NCBI GenBank assembly: GCA_964016885.1
Contig: OZ024749.1
Span: 56,606,001 to 56,670,000 of the forward strand
DNA length: 64,000 bases
Reading direction: 5' to 3'
DNA from: Eledone cirrhosa
Lineage: Eukaryota
The notes beneath the pieces were generated by a model that searched no databases, was not told where the DNA came from, and was given only the letters and a program-made list of their open reading frames with translations. Position numbers and translations under genes: made by a program. Shown here piece by piece: positions 40,611 through 55,455 of this stretch (position 1 is the first letter of the stretch; each line of letters begins with the position of its first letter).

Positions 40611-41877
40611 TGTTCACGAGGCAACCACTGTTAAAAAAAATGTACCCAATACGGATTTGAAGTCAGAAGGTAAAGGGAGGTATCTATATACCGCAAATCC
40701 TGTTGTGCGACGCTCTACCGATACTTGAAATTCATTTATTACTAACATATCTGATAACGGGAGAGTTTGAATTCCTTGAAATGTAAGGAAACTAAAAGAC
40801 GGAGCTGTTTGTTTTAAGTGTGACAAGAAGGCAAGAATATGCAGCACATTGCCATAACTATTAAACCACTTCGCCTCTGGATTAAAATTAATTGGCTTCC
40901 TGCCATATAAAATTGAATAAATCTGTCAATATGAGTGAACAGAGATTGTTAATATCACTCACTTGAATGAAGGCTTGCAATATCAGCGGTTTCAATGTCT
41001 ACGTGTAATATGATTTAATTGGATATGTGTCTGAAATCATTTAACTGAACACCTGTGCCTGCAATATCCTTTAATCGAACTGCTAAGTACATTATCATTT
41101 TAATGAACGACAGAGTTATCTATGAGAGTTCCTTTGGGAGATTTATTTCTGTGCTTTTCTTAACGAGGGTCTTACAACTTTACTTAGAGTGACTACGTTG
41201 AATTTAATTCACAATAACCTAGTTGAGATGCTGTTAGCCGAACGAGATGAGAACGATGTACAATGAGTCGATACAATACGATTGAAAGAGAGAGAGAGAG
41301 AGATAGAGAGAGGTAGAGAGAGAGAGAGGGAGAGAGAGCTAGAGAGAGAGAGGAGAGAGGGAGCTAGAGAGAGAGGAGAGAGAGAGGAGAGAGAGGAGAG
41401 AGAGAGGAGAGAGAGAGGAGAGAGAGAGCTAGAGAGAGAGCTAGAGAGAGAGCTAGAGAGAGATAGAGAGAGAGAGAGAAGAGAGGAAGAGAGAGGAAGA
41501 AAGAGAGAGAGAGGAAGAGAGAGAGAAGAAGAGAGAGAGAGAGAGAGGGGGGGATCTGTGTCTCACTGTCACGTCTTAAACAAACAGAAAATACCCCTTT
41601 ATTAAGAAAGTCAGTCATATGGACAATCTAAAGGTATTATTCGAGAAGTATGGAAGAAACTCCTGATGTTCAGAGAGCACACAATTATTCATATATCAGA
41701 CACAAACACTTCCAAAAAATAGAAGTGGCCATAATAACGATATAGTAGCTACACCTGAGTCCAATATAACCAATTCACTGAAGATATCAGTTGTTGTTTA
41801 AGCTAAGTTCAACGATATTTGGGAAAAACAATGAACAAGAGTGTTCTCATTAAGACGACTCTCTATCTCTTTCATAT

Positions 41878-41934
<57 letters not shown>

Positions 41935-42529
41935 TCAGTACCGTATTTATAGAAATACTAGATTATCCGATGTAAATTTTTCTAAAAGAAAAAAAAAAAG
42001 TTATATTTGCTTTAAGGGTAATTTAGCTGCTATGTCTAGCAGGTAGAAAGATGAGACGGAGCCTTAATTGTTGACCTCTGTAAATAAGAATCTTTTATTG
42101 GATTAGTCAGAATAGCAGAGCCCACAATCCTATTTTGAGACTGTGATTGGTAACAAAGTCTAAAGCCTGTCTCAAGTCCGAAGGCTCATCGTTGCCGGAA
42201 CTTATCCCAGTTTCACGAAGGAGAGAATTATCATCAGATCAGAGATTTAGTCCGAAAGCTTACAGAATAAATTCCGCTATTGGCACCCATGAACCATATG
42301 GTGGTGTTAAATTTGGTAACCACGTACATCTACAAACTCCCCAATATTAAGTCTAATATCGAATAAGTTTAGAGATCAGGTTTATAAAATGCGCCAAACA
42401 AACTCTCAACGATATCTACTTTTCTGAGTTTCAAATGTTCAAACACCAGTCGTACGTAAACTCATAGATTTAGGCAGCTTATTTGAATATGTCACGTAAA
42501 TTGAAGCTATTTCTCTAAAAGACCGTTAA

Positions 42530-42742
42530 CCCTTTAGCAATTACTATTGTATTTTCAGAGTAAAGGCTTTACCTCACATAATTATCTCACATAATATCGA
42601 ATCTATCGAATCTATGATATTTTGATATTATTTATTTTGAGAAAAATACCTCAACATCAGTATGTGTGGCCAGTTACAGCCGGTTTGAACAGAAAGAGGT
42701 GAGAAAATTCTAGCCGGATATGGTGGTTTAAACGCTTAAGGG
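42530..42742. mobile_element. piggyBac-type MITE
   Basis: TTAA-CCCTTTAGC...GCTTAAGGG-TTAA: TTAA duplication and CCC/GGG ends. The same left end occurs at 50777-50790. Confidence 0.75.
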
Positions 42743-42943
42743 TTAATTACCCCCCCCCCCCCCCCAAAAAAAAACAGAACGTTCTAGCTGAAAATATATA
42801 TTTCCTTGGCGTCACAGCTCGTACCCGTGACTCTCAAATTATAGAAGATATAGATATAAACGTGGAACTCTTTGGTGTTTTACACTTTCATTCCAACAGC
42901 AATGTGGGTTGAGTTAACTTTTCCTTTCCCACCCCCTCTCTCT

Positions 42944-42991
<48 letters not shown>

Positions 42992-42994
<3 letters not shown>

Positions 42995-43067
42995 GGTGTT
43001 CCAAAAGATGTATACACATTTATATTAGAATGCTGTGAAGTGTATATATATTTTGGGGGACACCCTA
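42992..43067. mobile_element. Tc1/mariner-type MITE
   Basis: TA-CAGGGTGTTCCAAAA...TTTTGGGGGACACCCTA; internal ATTAGAATGCTGT shared with 22151-22253. Confidence 0.75.
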
Positions 43068-44854
43068 TGTTTGTTTATATATATATATATATATATAAAC
43101 ATACATACACATACACACACGTCTCTACAAACATATGCATACACAAACACACACATACACACACACACACACACAATGATTTGTGGCGTTCGTTTAATGC
43201 CTCTATCTCTCCTCTCAGCTTTTGCTTTTTATTCATTTCGTGTCCCTTTCTTTATTTCTTTCAAATTAATCTTTCCTTCTTAATCCTTAACTACTTAATC
43301 TCTTATCAATAGCTACTAGTTGAAATAGAAAGGAACCTGGATCAAGTAAGGATAAACAATATCCCCTTTTTTCTCCTATATTTTCTATAGAACCATTCCT
43401 TCAACAGTCACATGCCAATTTATCATTACAATGACACCGAGAACTATAGCTAAGATGATGGTGGCCGCATGTGTGCAGCTTCACATACACACACACATAT
43501 ATATATGTTACATACACATATACACTTATACAAACACACAGGCTCATACACACATTTGTAGAAATATAACGAAAACGAGAATTCTAGAGGTAAAAGTGAA
43601 AACGATTTTGTGTGCACGTGTGTGTGTGTGTGTGTGTGTGTGCACGTGTGTGTGTTTACATTTGACTATCCCCGTGTGTGTGTGTGCTTTCATTTGACTA
43701 TCCGTGGGTGTGTGTATGCTTGCACGTGACTATGCTTGTGTGTGTGTGTGTGATTGCGCACTTGACTATATGTGTGTGTGTGATTTCAAAGACTGTTCAT
43801 TATCTGATAAACATCGCTTTGAAGATTTCTTGCCAGATCTCGTCTTGATAGATGAATTAATCTGTATTGTCCAAACCCCTACTAAAACCGCGACCAGATT
43901 GGAATGAACGACCGTCTATATTAATCTAACCATTCAGAAAAAGAACCTCTTTCGGCTTATCTACTCCTTCTTCCACATTATTTCTTACATTTTACTCTTT
44001 ATCTGACTCTTTCTTTCTTTCTATTTATTTATATTTCTGATGACTATTTTGACAAAGTCTTTTTATAGCCTGCTCAGCAATGTTATCAAATACTAAAGCT
44101 TTTGGCCAGGCTCTGGACATTTTCTTTGTGTTTCTTGTTTGTTTTTATGTCTGTGTTCCTATATGTATTTCTATACTGTTTTCCGTCCTTTCTTAATCAA
44201 CAATAACTAACAATAGCTATGCGAGCGTATTAAAGGTTATTTATATAAAATGGCGAATTTTTCAATTGAATTTATCAGCAATGAGTTCTAGGTAGGATTA
44301 TTATACTAAATTGACAAAGCACCGTCAAAATAAGATATGTATAAATAAAAACCTAATATAAATAAATGATAAGAAGTTCAGAAAGCCGGTATGATACGGA
44401 TAAAAATATGAAGGTGGTACAGGGGTAGAGGATGACAAACGAAACAAAACAAAAAATAATATATATATTTTTTACCCAATATATTTCATCACGATATTTC
44501 AAGGTAAAAACCTTTTTTTTTTCTCAAATGAATGTAGATGTTGATGAGATTCCAGTTATGATGTTAACGATAGACTATATTCAGATTGTGTGAATAGCTT
44601 ACATAGCTGACACGTACGGATTTGACCAAGTACGTGATTCTCTAAGGCTCTTCAAGAACAAAATAGATTCGTTTTGATCAAGGAGTAAGTTGATATCAGT
44701 TAACATTAATAACAGAAATCAGTTAAAAACCTTGCAATGTAACACCACCTTCAGCTTATATTGCCATGGAGGTGGCGACTTTCTAAACCGCGTTTTAGGG
44801 GAAACATCAAATTTCAGGGAACCATAACTCTCAAAATTCTTAAAGTAGCCGATT

Positions 44855-44984
<130 letters not shown>

Positions 44985-45019
44985 ATAGATTGATAGATAT
45001 AGAGATAGATAGCTAGATA

Positions 45020-45352
<333 letters not shown>

Positions 45353-45356
45353 ATAT

Positions 45357-45463
<107 letters not shown>

Positions 45464-45740
45464 CAATTGAGACACCTGTGTTATGTTTATCATTATAGTT
45501 AGGTCACCTAAATAGTTAGACTGTGCAGACATTTAACATTCCATACATGCTCTAAATCGATGGAGTGACTGTTTCTATATTTTGAACGATTTCATAGAAT
45601 AATCGAACAATTATACATATTCATACATACATCCACACATATATAGACACATACACGTGCTCACACTCACTAACATCATATGTATAACTATATATATAAC
45701 TATAACTATATATATATATATATAACTATAACTATAACTA

Positions 45741-45815
<75 letters not shown>

Positions 45816-46316
45816 GCTTATATGCTTGTATATAAATGCATAAATATGTTTTCATATATATAGACACACACATATATATATATATATATATATCCTCGTA
45901 TGTATATATATATATATATGCGTGTGTTTATACATATCCATTTTTGACGTCCGTGTTATGTATGAAAACAACATTTAAAAATAAATCATAACTTCCAACC
46001 GATATGATGTCTATTTTCAAAATGGTTGACAACGAACAAGGAAGATATTGTACGTTAAAATGTTAAAAACTATAATTGTTTTAGGAAAAGCTAACGTCCC
46101 TCTGCATAAATGTTCCACTGTCTGATAAGCTATCCATTTATCATAGTCAGAAAATTAACTTTAATGGCTTTCTGATATAACGAACATTATTATGGTAAAT
46201 GTTCGGTTGAAATAAAAGCCATTTGCTCTTCCTCCTTTATTACTGTTATGTCTGCCCCGGAAATGTTTATTTCATTTAATTACAGTTTTATTTCTTTCCC
46301 TCCCCCTCGCTCTATC

Positions 46317-46402
<86 letters not shown>

Positions 46403-46552
46403 CATATATGTATATATATATATATAAATATATGTATATATATATATACATATATGTATATATATATATATATACATATATGTATATATATATACATATA
46501 TGTATATATATATACATATATGTATATATATATACATATATGTACTCACCCA

Positions 46553-46590
<38 letters not shown>

Positions 46591-46824
46591 CGTTTCTGAA
46601 TTTATTTAGCAAGATTCTTTATCTGAAAACGTGTGTTGAAACCGATATTGTTATACTTTGGGATGGTCATGTTGCCAATAAGAAACACACGCACCAGTTG
46701 CTTTCACTTCAATTTATTATAATAAATTTATAAATTCCTAAATTTATAAATTTATTATAATAAATTGAAGTGAAAGCAACTGGTGCGTGTGTTTCTTATT
46801 GGCAACATGACCCTCCCAAAGTAT

Positions 46825-46832
<8 letters not shown>
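46591..46832. mobile_element. (TA)n-embedded fold-back element, family B
   Basis: 92-bp inverted arms 46645-46736/46741-46832 with one mismatch and a CCTA loop; matching fragment at 59002-59038. Confidence 0.75.
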
Positions 46833-46864
<32 letters not shown>

Positions 46865-47399
46865 ATATTTAGAAAATATCTATCAGTATTTTTTCCCTCA
46901 ATTCTACACTCATTCCAATAGTCATCTCTTTCTAACTCGCTCATCCGCTCACTAGCTTACCTGCTTACTAACTCACCCCTTCACTAACTTACCCGTTCAC
47001 CAACTCAGCCACTCATAGCCCACCCATTCACCAACTCACCAACTCATTCGCTTACTAGCTTACCCTAGTTCACCCTCTCACTAGCTTGCCATTACTTAAA
47101 TTCTTTCAGTTTTCAATACATAGATTTTATTTTAGTTTTAAAGTAATTTTTCATTACTTTTCTTTTCTGTCAGAATCTTTCAATGGGATATTTCCATCCA
47201 TTGGGATCGAATTATCCATTAATAGACAGGTTTTCTAACTATAGTTATTCAATATGATATGTAAATTAGATTAAACTTCTATCTATATTATTTACTAGTA
47301 TTTACTATTAACACCCGTACAACACCTAAAAATCATCGTTTTATTTCTTCATTACGTGTTATCTTTCGGGTCTTAACGGAATATCACTAAAATTAATTA

Positions 47400-47610
47400 T
47401 AATAAGGCCAATCATTTTTTTTTGTGGGTGTCGGGTACGGGAAAGTCGATTAAATCGATCCTGATAATTTACATGTTAGCCTCGGTGGGATTTGAACTCA
47501 GAATGTAAAGGAGCACAACACATATATCAGTGGAGTGGTAGAGTCGTTAGAGCATCGGAAAGATGCTTTTCTCAGTATTTATTCTAGCTCTTTACGTTCA
47601 GAGTTCAAAT
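47400..47610. mobile_element. two degraded SINE fragments head to head (minus 47400-47510, plus 47525-47610)
   Basis: GGGATTTGAACTCAGAA and GAGTTCAAAT landmarks. Confidence 0.65.
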
Positions 47611-48538
47611 AAGTTAAGAGATAACCAAAGTAGGCCATTTGAGAGGGGAATAACCTATCTTATTTATAGATAAATATATACAACTTTTCAATTTGAACAG
47701 GATACTGTCTTTTACATATACACACCATATCCTTCAGTATTTATATTACATTGTTTTTCCACCTTCAACGGTTATGTTACTATTTCGAGACATAGTATAT
47801 ATTTAAAAGGAGTTCCTTAAGAATTGAAGGGTAGTTATATTTATTACTATATATTTTTTATGATTTTTATATTTTTTTTCTTCTGTCTTCTCTTCTTATA
47901 TTTCTTAAGTTCTTTCACGCAGTGAATAACTTGTCTGACGAAAGTAGTTTTGTTAAGAGTTACATTAAGCCAACAATAAACAAAGGAGTTTTGCTATGTC
48001 GGTGTAAATATCATTAACAACGCCGTTTACAGGATCTTTTTCTTCTATTACCCGAATTGGATAGAGAGGTGGGTAGAGAGGTGGATAGAGAGGTGGATAG
48101 AGAGGTGGGCGAGTTTACGATCTCTACAACGAGGTAATGATTTTCAGAGTAAATAAAGCAAGCGAAATTACACACAAAAGATGTGTGATATATGCTTAAC
48201 ACAAGAAGAGTATATGCATATATATATATGCATATAATCCTGATGAAATCATAGGGGCGGCGTTATGACGGCGTTTCTTGGGCATTTATTAAACCAATGG
48301 AGCCCATCTCCTCTCTCGTCTACAAGTATCTCTCTCTCTCTTTCTCATATATATATATATATAAATATATATATATATATGTATATATATATGTATTAAT
48401 GGGTGATGAATTTGAGAAAAAGAACATCAATATGATCAGAAAACCGAAAATGTAACAGGTTTACGAAGTGTGGAATTGGAAAGGAAAGAAATTTAGGAAT
48501 GAGCTAAAACCAGGATTTCTAAACATATACACCGACAC

Positions 48539-48582
<44 letters not shown>

Positions 48583-48939
48583 GTGTGTTTGTATGTGTGT
48601 GAGTATGAATGTGTGTGGGGTGTTGTACGTGTGTGCCTATGTGTTTGTACACTCGTCCATAAATACTACATTTAAAATGAAAATAATATTATCACCGCTT
48701 TGATAACTCCAGAGAGATAAATTGTTCGTGTGTACCTGAAACACACCTCATACCTGTAATAAGAGACGCCATTCCGCCCATATTCATCACACTTAAATGT
48801 TAGGTATTAAATCGGAGAATAGATGTAACTATATTTTACGAGACATTGTATAAACTGTACAGATTAGTGGAATAAACAACCGTAGCTTCCGCCATTACAT
48901 GTGTGTATAATAGCAGCATAGAGAATTATTTCAAAATGG

Positions 48940-49428
48940 TAATAATAATGGTTTCTGATTTTGGCACAAGGCCAGCATTTTTCTGGGAGGGGGGGGGGTC
49001 GATTGCATCGAACCCAGTAAGGTAAGGATGAATGGCAAATCTAACCAAGGCGGGATTTGAACCCATGACTTAAAGAACTCTAACTATAAGCCGCTAACTT
49101 TGTTGTCCGACGCCCATCCACTGCAGAATTGGTATAATAACTGTTTCTACTACTTTTTGGCACAAGGCCAGCAATTATCCAGTACATTACTGGTACTTTA
49201 TTGGTTTAATAACAATATTGGTTTCTTATATAGGCACAAGGGCAGCAATTTTGGGGGAAGGGAAAGCCGATCAAATCTACCCCGGTGCGTTACTGGTACT
49301 TTATTTTATCGACCCCGTAAGGATGAAAGGCAAAGTCAACCTCGGCGGGATTTGAACTCAGATCGTAAAGAGCCGTAACTATGCTGGAAAGCATGGCGTC
49401 CGACCCTCCACCGATACTGCCAATCCAG
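48940..49428 (-). mobile_element. cluster of three same-strand SINEs (48940-49125, 49133-49201, 49205-49428)
   Basis: Three separate GGCACAAGG tails; the last copy is full length. Confidence 0.85.
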
Positions 49429-49684
49429 CAACAATAATAACAAGAACAAGAGAAAGAGAACCATCAGTAATATTAATGAGAGTCGTCATCATTATAAAAG
49501 AGCGGGATTGGCGCGGGAAATGAAGCATCACATGACATGACATGATAATTGTGAAGTACTTGCTGGATGTTATAGCAACGTTATTTCTGGAACGACAGAC
49601 TTGCTGTGTATTGCTGGTTGTCATAGCATCATAACTAGTAATGGCCGCCAGCCGGCTCCGGGGGTGGGGTGGGGGTGACGTAGT

Positions 49685-49725
<41 letters not shown>

Positions 49726-49771
49726 AAGTAGTTGATATATTGGTAGAGATGGTAGGAGTTGGTTGTGTGTA

Positions 49772-49835
<64 letters not shown>

Positions 49836-50022
49836 TAATAGAGGGATGTATAGATAGATAGATAGATACATATATATATATATATATGAGGGAGAACGAG
49901 GAGGAGAGAGAGAGAGGTGGAATGAAAGAAACAGATAGATATATGATGTTTGAAATATTGATAGAATGGATGATGAGAAGTAGATATGTAGGTAGATAGA
50001 TAGAAAAATAGATAGGTGTGTG

Positions 50023-50116
<94 letters not shown>

Positions 50117-50527
50117 GGGGGGGAGATTATAATGTAAAACAAACAAAAATAGTGAAAGATTGCAATAGGGGAAAATATTAAAGAACTGCGACTGTTTTGG
50201 TAGCATCGTAGAAATTGTTCGATTCTGTATGGCCTGTGGTGTCTGCCAATATTGTTTCTGTCGTCACCAAGACAACCTGACACGAAGAGTGGGCTGCGAC
50301 CAAAAATAGTTGAGCAAATATGTTAGTTTACAATTATCTCGGGTTGGCCTACATTATTGTCAATACATGTGATGGTCGCTGTCGTGGTCGTGGTAGATGT
50401 CGTGGTAGAATGGATATCATGTGGTGGATGATATCGTGGGTTCGTTTATTGATGTCGGGGTTGATATCGATGGTATTGGTAATGGTGATGAGGATGGTAA
50501 TGGTGATGATGATGGTAATGATGATGG

Positions 50528-50559
<32 letters not shown>

Positions 50560-50964
50560 GTGATGATTGTGATGATGGTGATGATGATGGTGATGGTGAT
50601 GGTAATGGTAACGATGGTAATGATGATGGTGATAGTGGTAATGATGATGACAATGATAATGAAAATTATTACCATCACCATTACCATCATCCTCACATCA
50701 CCATCATCATCATCATAATGAAGAGGAAAAACTTTAATTATTGCTTTTGATATTGATTCTGTTATCTCCTAATTAGTTAACCCTTTAGCTTTGGTATAAA
50801 ACCGTCTGGAACCGTCACTGATTCTAAAATAGAATGCTGTATATGTTTAAAGTGTTTATATTTATCAAATAAACGTTCCATTATAATATTACGATAGAAA
50901 CTCTCTTATCTTAACTCCTAAACAACAGTATGGTAATAATATAGTGATATTTCTAATCATGTTC

Positions 50965-51070
50965 AAATTCAGGGGTTGTACATATCTCTATACTAACTCA
51001 CCATCTTCTCTTGCATTGAGTACTCCAATGATCTGTGGTCTCCTCGGTCTCAACGCCACAGACTCTCTCT

Positions 51071-51073
<3 letters not shown>
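50965..51073. mobile_element. (TA)n-adjacent element, sister of 45020-45212
   Basis: TTGAGTACTCCAATGATCTGTGGTCTCCTCGGTCTCAACGCCACAGACTCTCTC-(TA)n. Confidence 0.6.
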
Positions 51074-51131
<58 letters not shown>

Positions 51132-51304
51132 GTATATATTATATATATGTCTGTCTTCTTCGTTGTAAGCTGTGAGCACATCTATCAGTTTATCGTACGT
51201 GGACAGCTAGATATTATTTCACGCTATATTGTTAGCACTTTCTGATTTATTTTTTTATTTCTGCATGAATATTTCTCCGCTTTATATATTTTAAAACTGA
51301 GCTT

Positions 51305-51365
51305 GTGTCTGACGATGTCTTCCGGCGGACGACTTCCGGCGACTGACTTCCGCTGCCGTCCTTGA
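51305..51365. promoter_or_regulatory. CpG-rich patch with three tandem ETS-type (A)CTTCCG(G) motifs
   Basis: CTTCCGG 51319-51325, ACTTCCGG 51332-51339 and ACTTCCGC 51346-51353 in otherwise AT-rich DNA. Confidence 0.3.
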
Positions 51366-51964
51366 AGGATGTTTGCTGACAGCTTAATCGCTCTAGCTCA
51401 GCAAGATATTGTTTTTAACTGCAGATACGATCAACCTGATTTTAGATAATGTTTACAACAGCTAGTTTCATAATGATTTGTGTTTATACCAATAACTATC
51501 AATATTTTATCAATATTTCTTATCGAGCTATGTTACAGCCTTGCTATTAATTAAACGCAACCAGTAACAAAACTGTAATAAATGAAAAATAAATAGAAAT
51601 AAACTTAATTTGTCGAGTTGTTTGTTAGCATGGGAATTTGTTGTAGCAAAGAACAGCAGATATCTGATGAATATTTGAATTAAACAACGTAATTAATGAA
51701 TCGCTGACTCAACATTTACACTTCTCACTATAAATATACACCTTGTTTAATTTGTTTCGCTTGTATATTTGTTTCGTTTTGTATTTATATGTTGATTGTT
51801 ACTGTGATTTTGTTTTAGCAAGGAAAAACAAACTGAATTTATTTAGGTAAAGGTGAATATGTGTCATGTATACATTTCCTATTATATTAGGAGCAAGGTA
51901 GCCAGAGGATTGGGTTCTTACGGATTCGTATTAATTGACATGTATTATTTAGTCAGAACCAAGG

Positions 51965-52162
51965 GTGTCGTTTTGGCAGTAATCGGTAGAGCGTCGGTGA
52001 AAATACTTTGCAGCATATAGTTACGTCTGTTTACGTTCCGAGTTCAAATCCGACAGAGGTTAGCTTTGCCTTTCCTCCTTACAGGATAGATAAAATAAAG
52101 TACCAGTAATGCACTGCGGTCGATTTAATCGACTTCCTCTCACCATCAAAATTGTTGGCCAG
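51965..52162 (+). mobile_element. SINE, long variant
   Basis: A box, B box, central domain and GGTCGATTTAATCGACT. Confidence 0.85.
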
Positions 52163-53697
52163 TTGAGGTCAAATTTTCCTTTCGTATTTTCAGGACTGAC
52201 AAATATAATGCCAGTTCAGTGCAGTGGATTAGCTAAATAGCTAGAAATTTGGATCTGGATGTAAACCCTGCATAACTGATTAGTGTTTCATATTTCTGAG
52301 AATCGAGTTACCAAATGTTTTACCTGAAATATCTTGTCTAAGACATCAGTATAAAGACATGGAGAAAGTAAGATTAGTAGAGCAACGAATTAAACACATT
52401 CTAGCAATGATTCAGGTCCTCATGTGCCCCGTAGGGCCCATCATTTTCCATATTTCAAGATATATTAAACATTAAAGTACTGCAGTCAATCTGATCGACT
52501 GTTCTTTATCACTTTATTGTCACGTGGCTGAAAACGAAGTTGTTGGATTTATTTGTGCCATACTCATGCTAATACCATCAATGAATTCTCTTACAGAACT
52601 TCATTCAACTCCAATTATATCTAATAAGATTAAAAAAATTCGATTCTGTCAGATTGTAGAAAAATGGATATTGTAAGCGAGAGGTGTCAAATGTCTTAAA
52701 AAAAGCCACGTGTATTGATATATTGCATAACGTGTAAAGTAGCTTGCAAAATAGATGATTTACTTTAGTTGGCAGTGTGTGAAGAACAAGATTATAGATC
52801 TGACAAAAGAGATGACGGGTTAAGCTATTTCGTATGTAGAATTATTCTGCAACTCTCTTGTCTTACGGTGTCCAATATCAAGCTATTCTATCGATTATTT
52901 ATGTTGGGTGCCAGTGCGATTATTTGTCAATTTATATTCTTAGACAGTCGGATTTATTTCAGAATTTATTTCTGGTTCTCAGGTTTGCATTATCGTTTCA
53001 GGAAGTAGACTAATAACTAAATAGTTTGTTGAAGTATGTTTGCCAACAAGCTTGTTTGTCTGCGAACAAAAACCAAAGGAAAATTTTCTTCGATTTCTTA
53101 TGTTGGCGTATACGATAAATATATTTATTCTCCCATAAGACAGACTGCATAAAACTTTAGATGTTTTAGAGGAGGTGGAAAATGAATTAATGGCGTTCTT
53201 GTCTTTTTGAAGGGCATATGTTCAGGCAAGGTTGTGTGGTTAAGAAACTTACTTGGCATCTATATTATTTCTGGTTCAATCATACAACAGATTGCCAAAA
53301 TCTTTTCTACCGTAGCTCCGCGTCGATCAAAGACTTGGGAGTCAAATTTGGTTTGAAGAGAAAGATGAGGAACCCACCCCCCACGTCATATAGACAGTGC
53401 TTGATATCTTGTTTAGACACAAATGTTATGGGACGAGTAAGACTTTTAAATCGATCCCCAAAAAGATGATAAGCAATATTGAGCATTTCCCTATTTGAAA
53501 TCAGACTGTAATATGTCAGGATTATATAACAAATATCAAAGTCACAAATTTTGAAAATAATAAAAAAAAATATAGAAAAAAAGAAATATATTAAAATCAA
53601 ATAAGCTAGAAAAAAAAATGACATTTAGAATGAAATGGAATAAGCGAGAAAATAAAAGGCATCCTTGTGTCCAACAAAATATCCTCCTCATTATATA

Positions 53698-53982
53698 CAG
53701 GGTGACCATAAACACACTCCATGATTTCAAATACTTATAATATGAAACCTTGAATGAATATTCTTACAATATCGGTGGCCACAGTTGTATAGACCAAGTT
53801 TCATGTGGTATTGGTTGATATCACATCATGTGGTATTGGTTGATATCACATCATGTGGTATTGGTAGATATCACATCATATTGTATTGGTTGATATCATA
53901 GACACTTGATGTATGCGCCCTTTTGTTGCTCAGCAAACATCAATGTGATAATCAAACTCCAAGTATTTTTGTGGTCACCCTC
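53698..53982. mobile_element. Tc1/mariner-type non-autonomous element with internal 25-bp tandem repeat
   Basis: TA-CAGGGTGACCATAAA...TTTGTGGTCACCCT termini; CATGTGGTATTGGTTGATATCACAT x4 at about 53802-53900. Confidence 0.7.
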
Positions 53983-54575
53983 TTGTTTAACTGTTATCCA
54001 AGCTATCTTTTTTTGTCATCTCACTTTATTTGCTAGCACTAATATGTTTCATTGTAACTACTAAATCTAAACCACCAAAAACCAAACAATGTTTTATTAT
54101 GAATAATCTTTACTGTCTTACTTTAATACCGTTTATCCTGTCGTTCCCGGCGCCGGCTTTATTATGTATAATATTGAAACTAAATAATGATCTATTAACA
54201 AACTGATTCGAAATATACTATAATTCTAGTTACATTCGTGTTCAGATTAGATGGTACATCAAATATACACATGGACACACGCATTATACCCCCAAACACA
54301 CACACATAAATATTTGTGCTCAGGTCTTGTGATTTGTTATATTCATATATACTTAACTAGGTAGGTATGTATATACTCGTGTATATTCATACAGTTACAT
54401 ACATATGCATGTATGTACGTATGTATGCATGTATATATCTATGTACATATGTATGTAAATATGTATGTATGCATGTACATATGTATGATTATATGTATGT
54501 ATATATGTATGTACGTATGTATAACATATACGCCTAAGTGTGTACATAATTTATATATATATATGTATATATGAA

Positions 54576-54662
<87 letters not shown>

Positions 54663-54880
54663 TCACGATAAATATGGTTATAGTGATATAATCATTATAT
54701 TATAGTTTTCAGATCAGAAACTATTTTATTTCTTTATTTATTAAAAGTGAAATAAAAATGTTATAGATTCTGGTTTTGAGTTTTTTAAAACTATTCTATC
54801 GAAGAAAATAGGAAAAAAAAACATTTGCACACATTTGACGGGTCTTCAGTTTATTACTTACCGCCGTATATAAGTCATAT

Positions 54881-54934
<54 letters not shown>

Positions 54935-55413
54935 TCACATATATACACACTCATATATACATCCACTCACATATACACACTCACTTACATACACTGACAT
55001 ATACACACAGACATATATACACACACAGTCACACACCCATTCACACACACACATATATATACACATATACACACTATACACACATATACACACAAATACA
55101 CACACAAAGATACCCATACATACACAGCCACTCTGACACACATCCTCTATCACACACACACAGAGAAAGGAACTCTCATACAGACACGGACGAAAGAAAA
55201 CACGGACAACTCTATACAACACAATATAGAATTGTAATATTAATTTCTGCTCCTTCCACTCCCTCACTCCTCCCACCCCCTCACTCCTCCCACTCGCCTC
55301 ACTCCTCCCGCTCCCCATAGCTACTATGAGGCCTGCTTGTCGATATTACTACAGAATTTAATGATTGCTGTGTATTATCTCTAATCGTATGTATGTATGT
55401 AAATACGTATGTT

Positions 55414-55455
<42 letters not shown>

